Notes under the pieces: model-generated
Seen by the model: only the letters and a program-made list of their open reading frames with translations
Databases searched by the model: none
Told to the model about the DNA's origin: nothing
From: Burkholderiales bacterium
GTDB taxonomy: Bacteria; Pseudomonadota; Gammaproteobacteria; Burkholderiales; SG8-39
Reading direction: 5' to 3'
NCBI GenBank assembly: GCA_041558415.1
Contig: JBFFEY010000007.1
Span: forward strand, 19,342-83,341
DNA length: 64,000 nucleotides
Shown: positions 29,052 through 38,729 of the stretch, piece by piece
Layout of the letters: each line of letters begins with the position of its first letter
Numbering within the stretch: the first letter of the stretch is position 1
Translations under genes and position numbers: made by a program

Positions 29052-29667
29052 GCGGTCCTCCCGTTTGCGCGCCCGCCTCCTGCGGCGCGCGCAACAGACG
29101 CAGCATGCGTCGCGCGATGCTGCGCGGCGAATCCGGTCCGTCCTCGCGGTACCAGAAGCGCGTCCAGTTGAGCGCGCCGAGCAGCATCAGCCGCAACGTA
29201 CGCCGGTCGCTGCCCGGCGCGAGCGGCAACGCGTCCACCAGTTCGCGAAACACGGCTTCATACTCGGCGCGCAGGCGCTTGAGCTGCGCCGCGGCCGCGG
29301 GCACCTGCTCGGGCAGCACGCGGATCAGCACCTGCGCCGTGTCGGCGCGCTTGAGCACCGTCTCGAGGTGCGCCACGCAGGCCGCCTCGAGTCGCGCCCA
29401 GGGTTCGCGCTCGCGCGCCGCGGCAGCGCGCACCGCGGCGACGATCTCGCGCACCCCGGCCTCGTAGACCGCGACGAGCAGGTCTTCCTTGGCGGCGAAG
29501 TGGTAGTAGAGCGAGCCCGGCAGCATCGATGCGGCCTGTGCGATGTCGCGCATCGAGGTGGCGGCATAGCCGCGCTGAGCGAACAGACGCGCGGCGGCGG
29601 CGAGCACGACCGGCAGGCGGTTGTCCGCGCGCGGCGCGCGGGGCGCTCGAAGGTGACGGATGGGCAT
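29044..29667 (-). CDS. TetR/AcrR family regulator
   Basis: AARLFAQRGYAATSMRDIA..GSLYYHF HTH; first gene of the mutase operon. Confidence 0.93.
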   Translation of the reverse strand: MPIRHLRAPRAPRADNRLPVVLAAAARLFAQRGYAATSMRDIAQAASMLPGSLYYHFAAKEDLLVAVYEAGVREIVAAVRAAAAREREPWARLEAACVAHLETVLKRADTAQVLIRVLPEQVPAAAAQLKRLRAEYEAVFRELVDALPLAPGSDRRTLRLMLLGALNWTRFWYREDGPDSPRSIARRMLRLLRAPQEAGAQTGGPHG

Positions 29668-29680
29668 GCCAGGAGAAAAA

Positions 29681-29725
29681 CAAACGATCGTTTGCTTTAT
29701 AGCGTCTGGCGCTGTCAGGGGTCAA
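29681..29725 (-). promoter_or_regulatory. Mutase operon promoter with perfect 14-bp palindromic operator
   Basis: TTGACC-N18-TATAAA (29725-29696) followed by CAAACGATCGTTTG (29681-29694). Confidence 0.72.
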
Positions 29726-29785
29726 TCATCGGCGGCACTTCCAGCCACTTCCCACAGCAGAAACAAGGCCTTCCGAGAAATATTG

Positions 29786-29872
29786 TTGCGCTACATCAAT
29801 ACTTGATATTGCGGTGCACAAAGTTCTTGACTTGATTGTTATAACGCATATACTGGGCTCTGTTGCAGCGCA
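29786..29872 (+). promoter_or_regulatory. Phasin promoter with PhaR-type TGC-N3-GCA boxes
   Basis: TGCGGTGCA (29810-29818) and TGCAGCGCA (29864-29872) flank TTGACT-N16-TATACT; a third imperfect box near 29787. Confidence 0.6.
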
Positions 29873-29930
29873 CCATTTACCCGCGAATAAACGCACACCC
29901 CGACTGATCACCCCGAATAGGAGCACCACC

Positions 29931-30473
29931 ATGTACGTCACCCCCGAACAAATTCAAGCGGCCCAGAAGGCCAATGTCGAGACCCTACTCGCCGTCGCCA
30001 GCGCGCAGTTTGGCGCGATCGAGAAGCTCGCCAACCTGAACGCCAATGTAGTCAAGGCGGCCTTCGAAGAGAGCGTCGCCAACACCCGCGCGCTGATGGG
30101 CGCAAAGGACGTGCAGGAGTTCGTCAGCCTGCAGAACAGCTTCGCCCAGCCGGCGATGGAAAAGGCGATTGCCTGGTCGAAGAGCGTCTACGAGGTCGCG
30201 ACCTCGACCAACGCCGAGATGAGCAAGCTCGCCGAGAAGCGCAGCGCGGAGTGGAACGAGAACTTCGCCTCGTTCCTCGAGAAGGCCAGCAAGAACGCGC
30301 CGGCCGGCTCGGACGTCGCGGTGGCGGCGATGAAGCAGATGATAACGGCGGCCAACTCGGCCTACGACAACCTGACCAAGGTCACCAAACAGGCGACCGA
30401 GATGGCGGAAGCCAACGTCGCGGCCGCAACCGAGACGGTGAAGGGTTTCGCCAAGCCAAAAAAGGCCGCCTAA
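29931..30473 (+). CDS. phaP: Phasin (PHA granule-associated protein)
   Basis: TPEQI.AAQKANVETL, AKDVQE, KNAPAGSD..VAAMK..ANSAYD betaproteobacterial phasin pattern; RBS AGGAG. Confidence 0.92.
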   Translation: MYVTPEQIQAAQKANVETLLAVASAQFGAIEKLANLNANVVKAAFEESVANTRALMGAKDVQEFVSLQNSFAQPAMEKAIAWSKSVYEVATSTNAEMSKLAEKRSAEWNENFASFLEKASKNAPAGSDVAVAAMKQMITAANSAYDNLTKVTKQATEMAEANVAAATETVKGFAKPKKAA

Positions 30474-30614
30474 GTCGGGACGGAAGCGGACGCCGGCCTG
30501 CGGCCGGTGCCGCTCCGCCTGCGCGCGATCGACGCGGCGCCTCGCGGCGCCATCCATCGCGCGCATCCGCGAAGCAAGCGGCGACGAAAAAGAAGCAGCG
30601 GAAGTAACCCAACG

Positions 30615-30648
30615 AACGCCCCGCTTCGTGCGGGGCGTTTTCTTTTTC
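30615..30648 (+). terminator. Intrinsic terminator after phasin
   Basis: AACGCCCCGC-TTCGT-GCGGGGCGTT followed by a T-rich tract. Confidence 0.85.
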
Positions 30649-31399
30649 AGGCCTCGCGAAACGGAAAGCCGGCCGCCCGCACGGCGCCGCGCAGCTTCTC
30701 CAGCGCCGCAGGCACCTGCGCCGGCAGGCCGCGCACCCCGAGCTCGACGTGGCGCCGCTCGCCGTTGGCACCCATCGACGGCAGGCTGAAGACCTTGACC
30801 TCGGGGAATGCCGCGCCCACTTCTTCCATCGCACCGATCAGCTGGCTCTCGCCCGCCTCGAACACGAGAATCGAGCCCTCCTGCCAGCGATCGCGATCGA
30901 CGAGCCGGGCATAGTGGGTGTCGAGCACCCACTCGATCATCGGCCAGGCCATCTGCGGGAAGCCCGGCACGAAGTGGTGGTCGGCGATGGAGAAGCCGGG
31001 AATGCGGTTGACCGGGTTCGGAATGATGCGGGCGCCCTCGGGAAAGGTGCCCATGGCGAGACGGTTCGGCGTCACCTCGCCACCGAAGCGCGCGCGGATC
31101 TCGCGCTCGGCCTCGGGGTGCAGCGCCAGGCCTACGTCGAGCGCCTCGGCGGCGCAAGCTCGGGTGTGATCGTCCGGCGTCGCGCCGATGCCGCCGAAGC
31201 TGAAGACGATGTCGCCCGCCGCCAGGGTGCGCTTGAGCGCCGCGGTGAGCCGTGCCGGGTCGTCGCCGTGGTACTCGCAGAACGCGAGCCGCAGCCCGCG
31301 CCTGCCGAGCGCCTCGATGAGAAAGGGGAAATGCTTGTCGCTGCGCTTGCCGACGAGGATCTCGTCGCCGATCACCAGCGCGCCGATCGCCGCGCTCAT
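30647..31399 (-). CDS. CinA N-terminal/molybdopterin-binding domain protein
   Basis: IGDEILVGKR, FGGIGATPDDHT, VPGFP. Confidence 0.88.
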   Translation of the reverse strand: MSAAIGALVIGDEILVGKRSDKHFPFLIEALGRRGLRLAFCEYHGDDPARLTAALKRTLAAGDIVFSFGGIGATPDDHTRACAAEALDVGLALHPEAEREIRARFGGEVTPNRLAMGTFPEGARIIPNPVNRIPGFSIADHHFVPGFPQMAWPMIEWVLDTHYARLVDRDRWQEGSILVFEAGESQLIGAMEEVGAAFPEVKVFSLPSMGANGERRHVELGVRGLPAQVPAALEKLRGAVRAAGFPFREA

Positions 31400-32133
31400 C
31401 GCGGCAGCACCTTGCCCTCGAGCGGCGCGCCGCGCGCGCGCTGCAGCGCCTCGAGCAGGAAGTGGATGTACGCCAGGCCGAAGACCACGGGCGCAAACAG
31501 GCCAACGAACGGAATGTAGGCGACCAGCGCCAGGATCACGCCGAGCAGGTACATGGTGAAGCGCTGCTCGCCGAAGATGCGCCGCATCTCCGTTTCGGAG
31601 GCATGCTCGGCGAGCGCGTCATAGCGCAGCACGCGCTGGTTCACCCAGCCGAAGATGAGCAGCGGGATCGCCGGCCACAGCGGCGGAAAGAACCAGAACG
31701 GCAGCGACAGCAGAGCGAGACCGATCAGACCAAGCACTGCGACGATGCTGTTCACCACGCTGCCGGCGAAGGTCCCGCCGCGCCGCCGCTCGAGCGTCTG
31801 GAAGCGGCGCGCGGCGACGTGTTCGACCATCGAGGGCATGCCGAAGATGCCGAGAATCAGCAGCGCGGTGAACTGCACCAGCGGCACCAGCATGATCAGC
31901 ACCATCAGCTTGGCGGCGAACATCGCCACGTCGCTCGCATCCCATTCCACCCAGAACGTGGCGTAGGCGATCCCGCTGCGGATCTTCTCCGCGAGCCAGA
32001 CCACGAGCTGCGCCCACATGAAAAACGCCGCCACGCTCCAGAGGCCGATCGCCACCAGCACCGGCCAGACCATCAGCCAGAGCATGCGCGGGTGCAGCAG
32101 GTTGCGGAAGGCGAAGAGCAGTGAAGCGAACAT
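31396..32133 (-). CDS. EI24/CysZ-like membrane protein
   Basis: Multiple TM helices, YDALAEHA motif. Confidence 0.78.
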   Translation of the reverse strand: MFASLLFAFRNLLHPRMLWLMVWPVLVAIGLWSVAAFFMWAQLVVWLAEKIRSGIAYATFWVEWDASDVAMFAAKLMVLIMLVPLVQFTALLILGIFGMPSMVEHVAARRFQTLERRRGGTFAGSVVNSIVAVLGLIGLALLSLPFWFFPPLWPAIPLLIFGWVNQRVLRYDALAEHASETEMRRIFGEQRFTMYLLGVILALVAYIPFVGLFAPVVFGLAYIHFLLEALQRARGAPLEGKVLPR

Positions 32134-32158
32134 GCCGTCGAGAGGGAATGGAGCCGAT

Positions 32159-35100
32159 TCAGGCGTGGCGGATACTTTGCCACAACTTGCTGAGCCGCTT
32201 CACCGAGACCGGCACCGGCGTCTTCAGCGACTGGGCGAACAGCGCAACGCGCAGCTCCTCGAGCAGCCAGCCGAACTGCTCGAGCTCGGCGGTCACCGCA
32301 CCGAGCTTGGCACGCGCGGCCATTTCACGCTGCCAGCCGACCGCGAGCGGCGCGATCTCGGCGGCGAGCCGCGCGTCGCGCGCAGGATCCTCGCGCAACT
32401 TGTCGAGCCGCAGCGCGGCGGCCTTGAGGTAGCGCGGCAGGTGCTGCAGCCGCGTCCAGGGCGTCTGCGACACGAAGCGCGGATGCAGCAGGCGGGCGAA
32501 CTGCGCGCGCAGCTCGTCGGCGACGCGCGGGAAGGCCTTGGCCGTGGCGTTTAGGCGCTTTTGCAGCTGGGCGTGCTCGGCCAGGATCACGCCGACCGTG
32601 CGCAGCAGCTCCTGCGCGATCAGGTTGAAGCGGCTGCGCCCTTCCTCGACGCTGCGCTGGAATGCGGCCTGGGTGGTGGGCAAGGCCTCGGCGAGAAAGG
32701 TCCGCTCGAGCGCAGCGACGACGATCTCCTCCTTCAGCGCAACCTCCCCGGCGAGCTGCGCGAACTGCAGGTTGAGCGCGTTGTCGCGCGCGACCAGCTT
32801 CTCCAGGTCGCGCACGCGCTCGCGGAAGACGAGCGCCAGCAGCCGGCGCAGGCCGGCGCGATGCACCGCGCGCGCCTGCTCGGGCGAGTCGAACACCTGC
32901 AGTGCGACTGCGTCGCCGAGGTCGGCGAGCGCCGGGTAGCCGACCAGCGTCTGGCCGCCCTGGCGGATCTCCATGATCTCGGCGAGATCGCCGAAATCCC
33001 AGCGCGTGTGGCGCGCCGCCTCGGGCACGCTCGCCGAGTCGGCGAGCGCGGCGCGCGTCTGCGGTGCCCAGGCGCGCTTCAGCTCGGCGAGGTTGCGTCC
33101 CATGGCGAGCTGCCGGCCATGCTCGTCGACGACGCGAAAGTTCATGTGCAGATGCGGCGGCGCCGAGTCCGGGCGGAAGGCGTCGACCGGAACCTCGAGG
33201 TTGAGTTCGCCGCGGATCCAGCGCGCCAGCGCCGTGGCGAGCGGAGAATCCGCGGGGCGCGCCGCGGCGACGAAGCGCGCGGCGAAATCGTCGAGCGGCC
33301 CGAGGCGGTGGCGCAGGCGCTGCGGCACCGATTTTGCGTAGGCGCGCACCTTTTCCTTGAGCAGCCCCGGTACCAGCCACTCGCAGCGCGCCGCCGGCAG
33401 CTGGTTGAGCAGCGCCACCGGCACGGTCAGCGTGACGCCGTCGCGTGCCGCGCCCGGCTCGAAGTGGTACTCGAGCGCGAAGTCGTTCGGCCCGATGCGC
33501 AGCGTCGGCGGAAAGTTGTCGGTGGTGATGCCCGCCGCTTCGTGGCGCATGAGGTCCTCGCGCCGCAGGAATAACCGCTTCGGGTCCTCGCGCTCGACGG
33601 ACTTTCGCCAGCGCTCGAAGTCGGCGCCGTTATGCACGTCCTCGGGCAGGCGGGCGTCGTAGAAGGCGTAGATCAGCGCGTCGTCGACCAGAATGTCCGG
33701 CCGCCGCGACTTGTGCTCGAGGCGCTCGATCTCGGCGACCAGGCGCCGGTTGTGGGCGAAAAACGGCGCGCGGGTCTCGAAGTCGCCTTCGACCAGCGCC
33801 GCGCGGATGAAGATCTCGCGCGCGCCCGCCGGATCGAGCGGCGCGTAGGGCACCCTCCGGTTGGCATAGACCGGCAGCCCGTAGAGCGTGCCGCGCTCCA
33901 ACACCACCACCTGGGCGCGCTTCTTCTCCCAGTGCGGATGCTCGTGATGGCGCTTGAGCAGCTGCGCGCCGAGTTCCTCCAGCCAGCGCGGGTCGATGCC
34001 GGCGACGGTGCGTGCGTAGAGGCGCGTGGTCTCGACCAGCTCGGCGGCCATGATCCACTTGCCGGGCTTCCTGGTCGACGTGCCCGGATGCACCCAGAAC
34101 TTGATGCCACGCGCGCCCGTGTAGCCACCGCTCGCCTCGTCGCGCAGTCCGACGTTGCCGAGCAGCCCCGCGAGCAGCGCGCGGTGGATCGCCGCCGCGC
34201 CCTCGGCCTGCGCGGCGTCCACGCTGGAGGGCCGCCAGCCGAGCTCGGCGACCAGCGTGTGGAGCTGGCCGTGCAGGTCGCGCCATTCGCGCATGCGCGC
34301 GACCGAGAGGAAATTCTCGCGGCACAGCTGCGCCAGCTTGCGGTTCGACTTCTTGTGCTCGAGCGCCTCGGCGAAGAAATGCCACAGCCTGAGCATGGCG
34401 AGAAAGTCGGAGCGCTCGTCAGCGAAGCGCGCGTGCCGCTGGTCGGCGGCGCCGGCGCGCTCCTGCGGGCGCTCGCGCGGATCCTGCACCGAGAGCGCCG
34501 CCGCGATCACCAGCAGCTGCGCGAGGCAGCCCTCGGCGCGGCCGGCGATCAGCATGCGGCCGATGCGCGGGTCGAGCGGCAGCTTGGCGAGCGCGCGCCC
34601 CACCGCGGTGAGCGCCTTCGCCTCGTCCACCGCGCCGAGCTCGGCGAGCAGCGCGTAGCCGTCGGCGATCGCGCGCGGCGTCGGCGGATCGAGAAAGGGG
34701 AAGTCCTCGACGCCGCCGAGCCGCAGGCTCATCGCCCGCAGAATCACCGCGGCGAGCGAAGAGCGCAGCAGCTCGGGCTCGGTGTACGCCGGCCGCCGGT
34801 CGTGATCGGACTCGGCGTAGAGCCGGATGCAGATGCCGTCGGCGACCCGCCCGCAGCGCCCGGCGCGCTGGCGCGCCGCGGCCTGCGAAATCGTCTCGAC
34901 GCGCAGCATCTCGACCTTGTTGCGCAGGCTGTAGCGCTTGACGCGCGCCAGGCCGGTATCGACCACGTAGCGGATGCGCGGCACCGTGAGCGAGGTCTCG
35001 GCGACGTTGGTCGCCAGCACGATGCGCCGTGTCGCGCCGGGGCGGAATACGCGGTCCTGCTCGGCCGCCGACAGCCGCGCGTAGAGCGGCAGGATCTCGC

Positions 35101-35893
35101 TGCCCGGCGGATGGTGCTTGCGCAGCACCTCGGCCGCGTCGCGGATCTCGCGCTCGCCCGGCAGGAAAACGAGCACGTCGCCCGGGCCCTCGCGGCACAG
35201 CTCGGCGACCGCGTCGGCGAGCGCCTGCTCTTCCTCCTCGCGCGTGGTGTCCTCCGCGTCGCCCGCCACCGGCCGGTAGCGAATCTCCACCGGGTAGAGC
35301 CGCCCGGAGACTTCGATTACCGGGGCGCCGTCGAAATGGCGCGAGAACCGCTCGGCGTCGATCGTCGCCGAGGTGATCACCAGCCGCAGGTCGGCGCGCC
35401 GCGACTGCAGCCGCTTGAGATAGCCGAGCAGGAAATCGATGTTGAGGCTGCGCTCGTGCGCCTCGTCTAGGATGATCGCCTCGTACTGCGACAGCGTCGG
35501 GTCGCTCTGGGTCTCGGCGAGCAGGATGCCGTCGGTCATCAGCTTGACGAGCGAATCCGGCCGCACGCGGTCCTGGAAGCGCACCTTGTAGCCGACCGCG
35601 CCGCCGGGCTCGGCGCGCAGCTCCTCGGCCAGGCGCGCGGCCACTGAGCGGGCGGCGATGCGCCGCGGCTGGGTGTGGCCGATCAGGCCGCGCGCACCGC
35701 AGCCCATGTCGAGCAGGATTTTCGGTAGCTGCGTGGTCTTGCCCGAACCGGTCTCGCCGCAGACGATCACCACGGGATGGCGTTCGATGGCGGCACGGAT
35801 CTCCGCGCGCTTCGCGTTGACCGGCAGCGCGGGATCGAAGGCGATGGGCGAAAGCCGGGCGATGCGCGCGGCGCGCTGGACTTCGGAACTCAA
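32159..35893 (-). CDS. hrpA: ATP-dependent RNA helicase HrpA
   Basis: GETGSGKTTQLPK, DEAHERS, SAT, QRAGRCGR, C-terminal WLLEELRV.LFAQ. Confidence 0.96.
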   Translation of the reverse strand: MSSEVQRAARIARLSPIAFDPALPVNAKRAEIRAAIERHPVVIVCGETGSGKTTQLPKILLDMGCGARGLIGHTQPRRIAARSVAARLAEELRAEPGGAVGYKVRFQDRVRPDSLVKLMTDGILLAETQSDPTLSQYEAIILDEAHERSLNIDFLLGYLKRLQSRRADLRLVITSATIDAERFSRHFDGAPVIEVSGRLYPVEIRYRPVAGDAEDTTREEEEQALADAVAELCREGPGDVLVFLPGEREIRDAAEVLRKHHPPGSEILPLYARLSAAEQDRVFRPGATRRIVLATNVAETSLTVPRIRYVVDTGLARVKRYSLRNKVEMLRVETISQAAARQRAGRCGRVADGICIRLYAESDHDRRPAYTEPELLRSSLAAVILRAMSLRLGGVEDFPFLDPPTPRAIADGYALLAELGAVDEAKALTAVGRALAKLPLDPRIGRMLIAGRAEGCLAQLLVIAAALSVQDPRERPQERAGAADQRHARFADERSDFLAMLRLWHFFAEALEHKKSNRKLAQLCRENFLSVARMREWRDLHGQLHTLVAELGWRPSSVDAAQAEGAAAIHRALLAGLLGNVGLRDEASGGYTGARGIKFWVHPGTSTRKPGKWIMAAELVETTRLYARTVAGIDPRWLEELGAQLLKRHHEHPHWEKKRAQVVVLERGTLYGLPVYANRRVPYAPLDPAGAREIFIRAALVEGDFETRAPFFAHNRRLVAEIERLEHKSRRPDILVDDALIYAFYDARLPEDVHNGADFERWRKSVEREDPKRLFLRREDLMRHEAAGITTDNFPPTLRIGPNDFALEYHFEPGAARDGVTLTVPVALLNQLPAARCEWLVPGLLKEKVRAYAKSVPQRLRHRLGPLDDFAARFVAAARPADSPLATALARWIRGELNLEVPVDAFRPDSAPPHLHMNFRVVDEHGRQLAMGRNLAELKRAWAPQTRAALADSASVPEAARHTRWDFGDLAEIMEIRQGGQTLVGYPALADLGDAVALQVFDSPEQARAVHRAGLRRLLALVFRERVRDLEKLVARDNALNLQFAQLAGEVALKEEIVVAALERTFLAEALPTTQAAFQRSVEEGRSRFNLIAQELLRTVGVILAEHAQLQKRLNATAKAFPRVADELRAQFARLLHPRFVSQTPWTRLQHLPRYLKAAALRLDKLREDPARDARLAAEIAPLAVGWQREMAARAKLGAVTAELEQFGWLLEELRVALFAQSLKTPVPVSVKRLSKLWQSIRHA

Positions 35894-35953
35894 GGCACGC
35901 CGATTCTATCGGCTCGCCGCAGGCTGCGCCGCCGTCCGCGGGTAGCATAGGGC

Positions 35954-36520
35954 ATGGTGCGCAAATGGCTGCACAAACGACTGCCGAAGCCCGAGGACGT
36001 TCAGGCGAAGCCCTCGCTGCGCTGGCTGGGGCCGCTCTTGCGGCGCCCTTGGCTGTGGCAGCTGACGCGCCGCCGCGTTGCGCTGGGCGCCGCGATCGGC
36101 GTGTTCTTCGGCTTTCTCGTCCCGGTGCTGCAGATCGCGCTGTCCGCCGTGTTCGCGGTGCTGCTGCGCGCCAACCTGCCGGTCGCCGCGGTGAGCACGC
36201 TGGTGTCCAACCCGTTCACCTATGCGCCGATCTTCGTGTTCGCCTACCGCACCGGTTCGGCGATCCTCGGCGAACGCGTCGACGAGGCGCAGCTCGCCGC
36301 GCTCGAAGAGGAGGTCGAGGGCGAGGAGGCCAAACCGGCGAGCTGGGCCGACCGCGCCGCGGCGATCGGCAAGCCGTTTTTCCTCGGCCTGTTCATCTTC
36401 GCCACGGTCGGCGCGCTTGCGACCTGGCTGCTGGTCAACCTGCTGTGGATGATTGCGGTACGCTTGCAGCGCCGCGGCCGGCGCGCGAACAGCCGACGAC
36501 AGGGCGCGCCCCCGGAATGA
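35954..36520 (+). CDS. DUF2062 family membrane protein
   Basis: LWQLTRRRVALG, RANLP, SNPFT motifs. Confidence 0.85.
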   Translation: MVRKWLHKRLPKPEDVQAKPSLRWLGPLLRRPWLWQLTRRRVALGAAIGVFFGFLVPVLQIALSAVFAVLLRANLPVAAVSTLVSNPFTYAPIFVFAYRTGSAILGERVDEAQLAALEEEVEGEEAKPASWADRAAAIGKPFFLGLFIFATVGALATWLLVNLLWMIAVRLQRRGRRANSRRQGAPPE

Positions 36521-37018
36521 AGCCGATGACGACAAACTTTCTACGCGCTGCCCTGGTCGCCCTGGTGCTTTGCCTGGTGTCGCTGCAAGGCCTCGCACAG
36601 GCCATCGTCGCAAACGTCGCGCGCGCTGCGGGCGCGCGATCCGGTGTACCTCGGCGACGACGCGAGCGGCGGCCAGGACGTCGGCGGCACCACCGCCGTA
36701 CCCTGCTTGCGCTGGCTGATCGACCAGCGCTTCGGCCTCGACGTCAACGCCGTCGAGGGCTTACTCGACGCGACGTGGAGCCGCATCGAGCCGACGGGCA
36801 CGCCGGGCTCGCCGCGGATCCTCGCCTTGAGCTACGACGCCACGCGCAAGTTCGCCGGCGCGACGCAGCCCGACGACAAGGACGAGTGGGAGTGGACGCT
36901 CGGGCTGCGCTTCTTCGCCAAGCGCAACATCACGCTCAGCGCCGAGTACCTGCGGACCGAGGGGCGCGACCAGTTCGACAACGAGGCCTGGAACCTGCTC
37001 GCGCGCTTCGAGTTCTGA
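36517..37018 (+). pseudogene. Apparently frameshifted outer-membrane beta-strand protein
   Basis: Signal peptide MKPMTTNFLRAALV...LAQA in one frame; amphipathic beta-strands ending WNLLARFEF in the +1 frame; switch near 36600. Confidence 0.5.
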
Positions 37019-37030
37019 GCGGCGCGGGCG

Positions 37031-37618
37031 TCAGTCGTTACCGAGCATGCGCTCGACGTAGCGCGCGATCAAATCCACCTCGAGATTGACCTTCGCGCCT
37101 GGCGCGAGGCGCGTAAGCGTCGTCACCGCGAGCGTGTGCGGGATGAGGTTGACCTCGAAGACGTCGTCCTCGACACGGTTCACCGTGAGGCTCACGCCGT
37201 CGACGGTGATCGAACCCTTGCGCGCGACGTAGCGCGCAAGATCCTTCGGCACGCGCAGCCGCAGGCGCTTGGATTCGCCCGCCGGCTCGAAGGCGACGAC
37301 CTCGCCCAGGCCGTCGACGTGCCCGGTGACCAGGTGCCCGCCCAGCTTGTCGCCCAGCGCGAGCGACTTCTCCAGATTGACCGGCCCCGGCGCATCCAGC
37401 CCGACGGTGCAGGCGAGCGTCTCGCGGGAGACGTCGAAGGCAAGGCGCGCGCCGTCGATCGCCACCACCGTGAGGCAGGCGCCCTGCACGCAGATCGAAT
37501 CGCCGAGCGCAATGCCGCTACGTTCTAGGGTCCCCGTATCGACGCTCAGGCGTACGCCCTGCGCGAGCGGCGTCAGCGACTCGATGCGTCCCACCGCCTG
37601 AACGATTCCCGTGAACAT
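37031..37618 (-). CDS. ribE: Riboflavin synthase (alpha chain; ribC in E. coli naming)
   Basis: MFTGIV, GDSI, GGHLVTGHVDG, KGSITVDGVSLTVN, IPHT. Confidence 0.96.
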   Translation of the reverse strand: MFTGIVQAVGRIESLTPLAQGVRLSVDTGTLERSGIALGDSICVQGACLTVVAIDGARLAFDVSRETLACTVGLDAPGPVNLEKSLALGDKLGGHLVTGHVDGLGEVVAFEPAGESKRLRLRVPKDLARYVARKGSITVDGVSLTVNRVEDDVFEVNLIPHTLAVTTLTRLAPGAKVNLEVDLIARYVERMLGND

Positions 37619-38709
37619 CAGCGCCTCGCGATCACGCGCAGATCGTCGCCCAAGCGCTCGACCGCGTGCAAGCGCAGCCTGAGGCGCGCGTCGAGCGCAG
37701 CCGGCGCCGGCAGGTTGACCATGCCCTGCGCACCATCGCCGAGCAGGCTCGGGTTGAGGTAGCAGAGGAACTCGTCGACGCAGCCCTCGCGCACGAGCGA
37801 GCCGTTCAGCTTGAAGCCGCCTTCAACGTGCAGCTCGTTGACGCCGCGTTTTGCCAGCACCTCAAGCATCGGCGGCAGGTCGACCTTGCCCGCGGCGTTT
37901 GGCAGCACCACCACTTCCGCGCCCTGCGCCTCGAGCGCGCGCCGGCGCTGGGCGTCGTCTTCGCCGCACATGAGCAGCACATTGCCGCCTTGCAGGATGC
38001 GCGCCGCGGGTGGCGTCTCGAGGCGGCTGTCGACCACCACGCGCAGCGGCTGGCGCGGCGTATCGACGCCGCGCACGGTGAGCCGCGGATCGTCCGCCTT
38101 CACCGTGCCGATGCCGGTGAGCAGCGCGCAGGCGCGCGCGCGCCAGCGGTGGCCGTCGAGCCGCGCCGCTTCGCCGGTGATCCACTGCGAGCGGCCGTCG
38201 GCGAGCGCGCTGCGCCCGTCGAGCGTGGCGGCGATCTTCATGCGTACCCAGGGCCGGCCGCGCGTCATGCGCGCAACGAAGCCGATGTTGAGCTCGCGCG
38301 CTTCGTCCTCCAGCAGGCCATGCGCCACCGCGACGCCCGACGCGGCCAGCCGATCGGCGCCGTGCGCCGCCGCCGGGTTCGGATCACGCATGGCACAGAC
38401 CACGCGCGTCACGCCCGCCGCCACCAGCGCCTCCGCACAGGGCGGCGTGCGGCCGTGGTGATTGCAGGGCTCGAGCGTGAGGTAGGCGGTGGCACCGCGC
38501 GCTGCCTTGCCCGCGTGCTCGAGGGCGTTCACTTCGGCATGGGCGAGACCGGCGCGCGCGTGCCAGCCTTCGCCGACCACGCGTTCGCCCTGCGCGATGA
38601 CGCAGCCGACGCGCGGGTTGGGCGTCGCGCTATACAGGCCGCGCGCGGCGAGCGCCAGCGCCCGCGCCATCATCGCGCGGTCCAGTTCGCTGAATTCGCG
38701 TTGCGCCAA
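37618..38709 (-). CDS. ribD: Riboflavin biosynthesis deaminase/reductase
   Basis: PNPRVGC, HAE, TLEPCNHHGRTPPC, SQWIT, VEGG. Confidence 0.96.
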   Translation of the reverse strand: MAQREFSELDRAMMARALALAARGLYSATPNPRVGCVIAQGERVVGEGWHARAGLAHAEVNALEHAGKAARGATAYLTLEPCNHHGRTPPCAEALVAAGVTRVVCAMRDPNPAAAHGADRLAASGVAVAHGLLEDEARELNIGFVARMTRGRPWVRMKIAATLDGRSALADGRSQWITGEAARLDGHRWRARACALLTGIGTVKADDPRLTVRGVDTPRQPLRVVVDSRLETPPAARILQGGNVLLMCGEDDAQRRRALEAQGAEVVVLPNAAGKVDLPPMLEVLAKRGVNELHVEGGFKLNGSLVREGCVDEFLCYLNPSLLGDGAQGMVNLPAPAALDARLRLRLHAVERLGDDLRVIARR

Positions 38710-38729
38710 GCACGTCTCCGTTCAGCGCG

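Noticed and set aside
29668-29930. Cobalamin riboswitch upstream of the B12 mutase operon
   Set aside because: No B12-box-like elements; the low-GC region is explained by two divergent promoters and operators.
38710-38729. FMN riboswitch before ribD
   Set aside because: Only 20 nt separate nrdR and ribD; no room for an aptamer.
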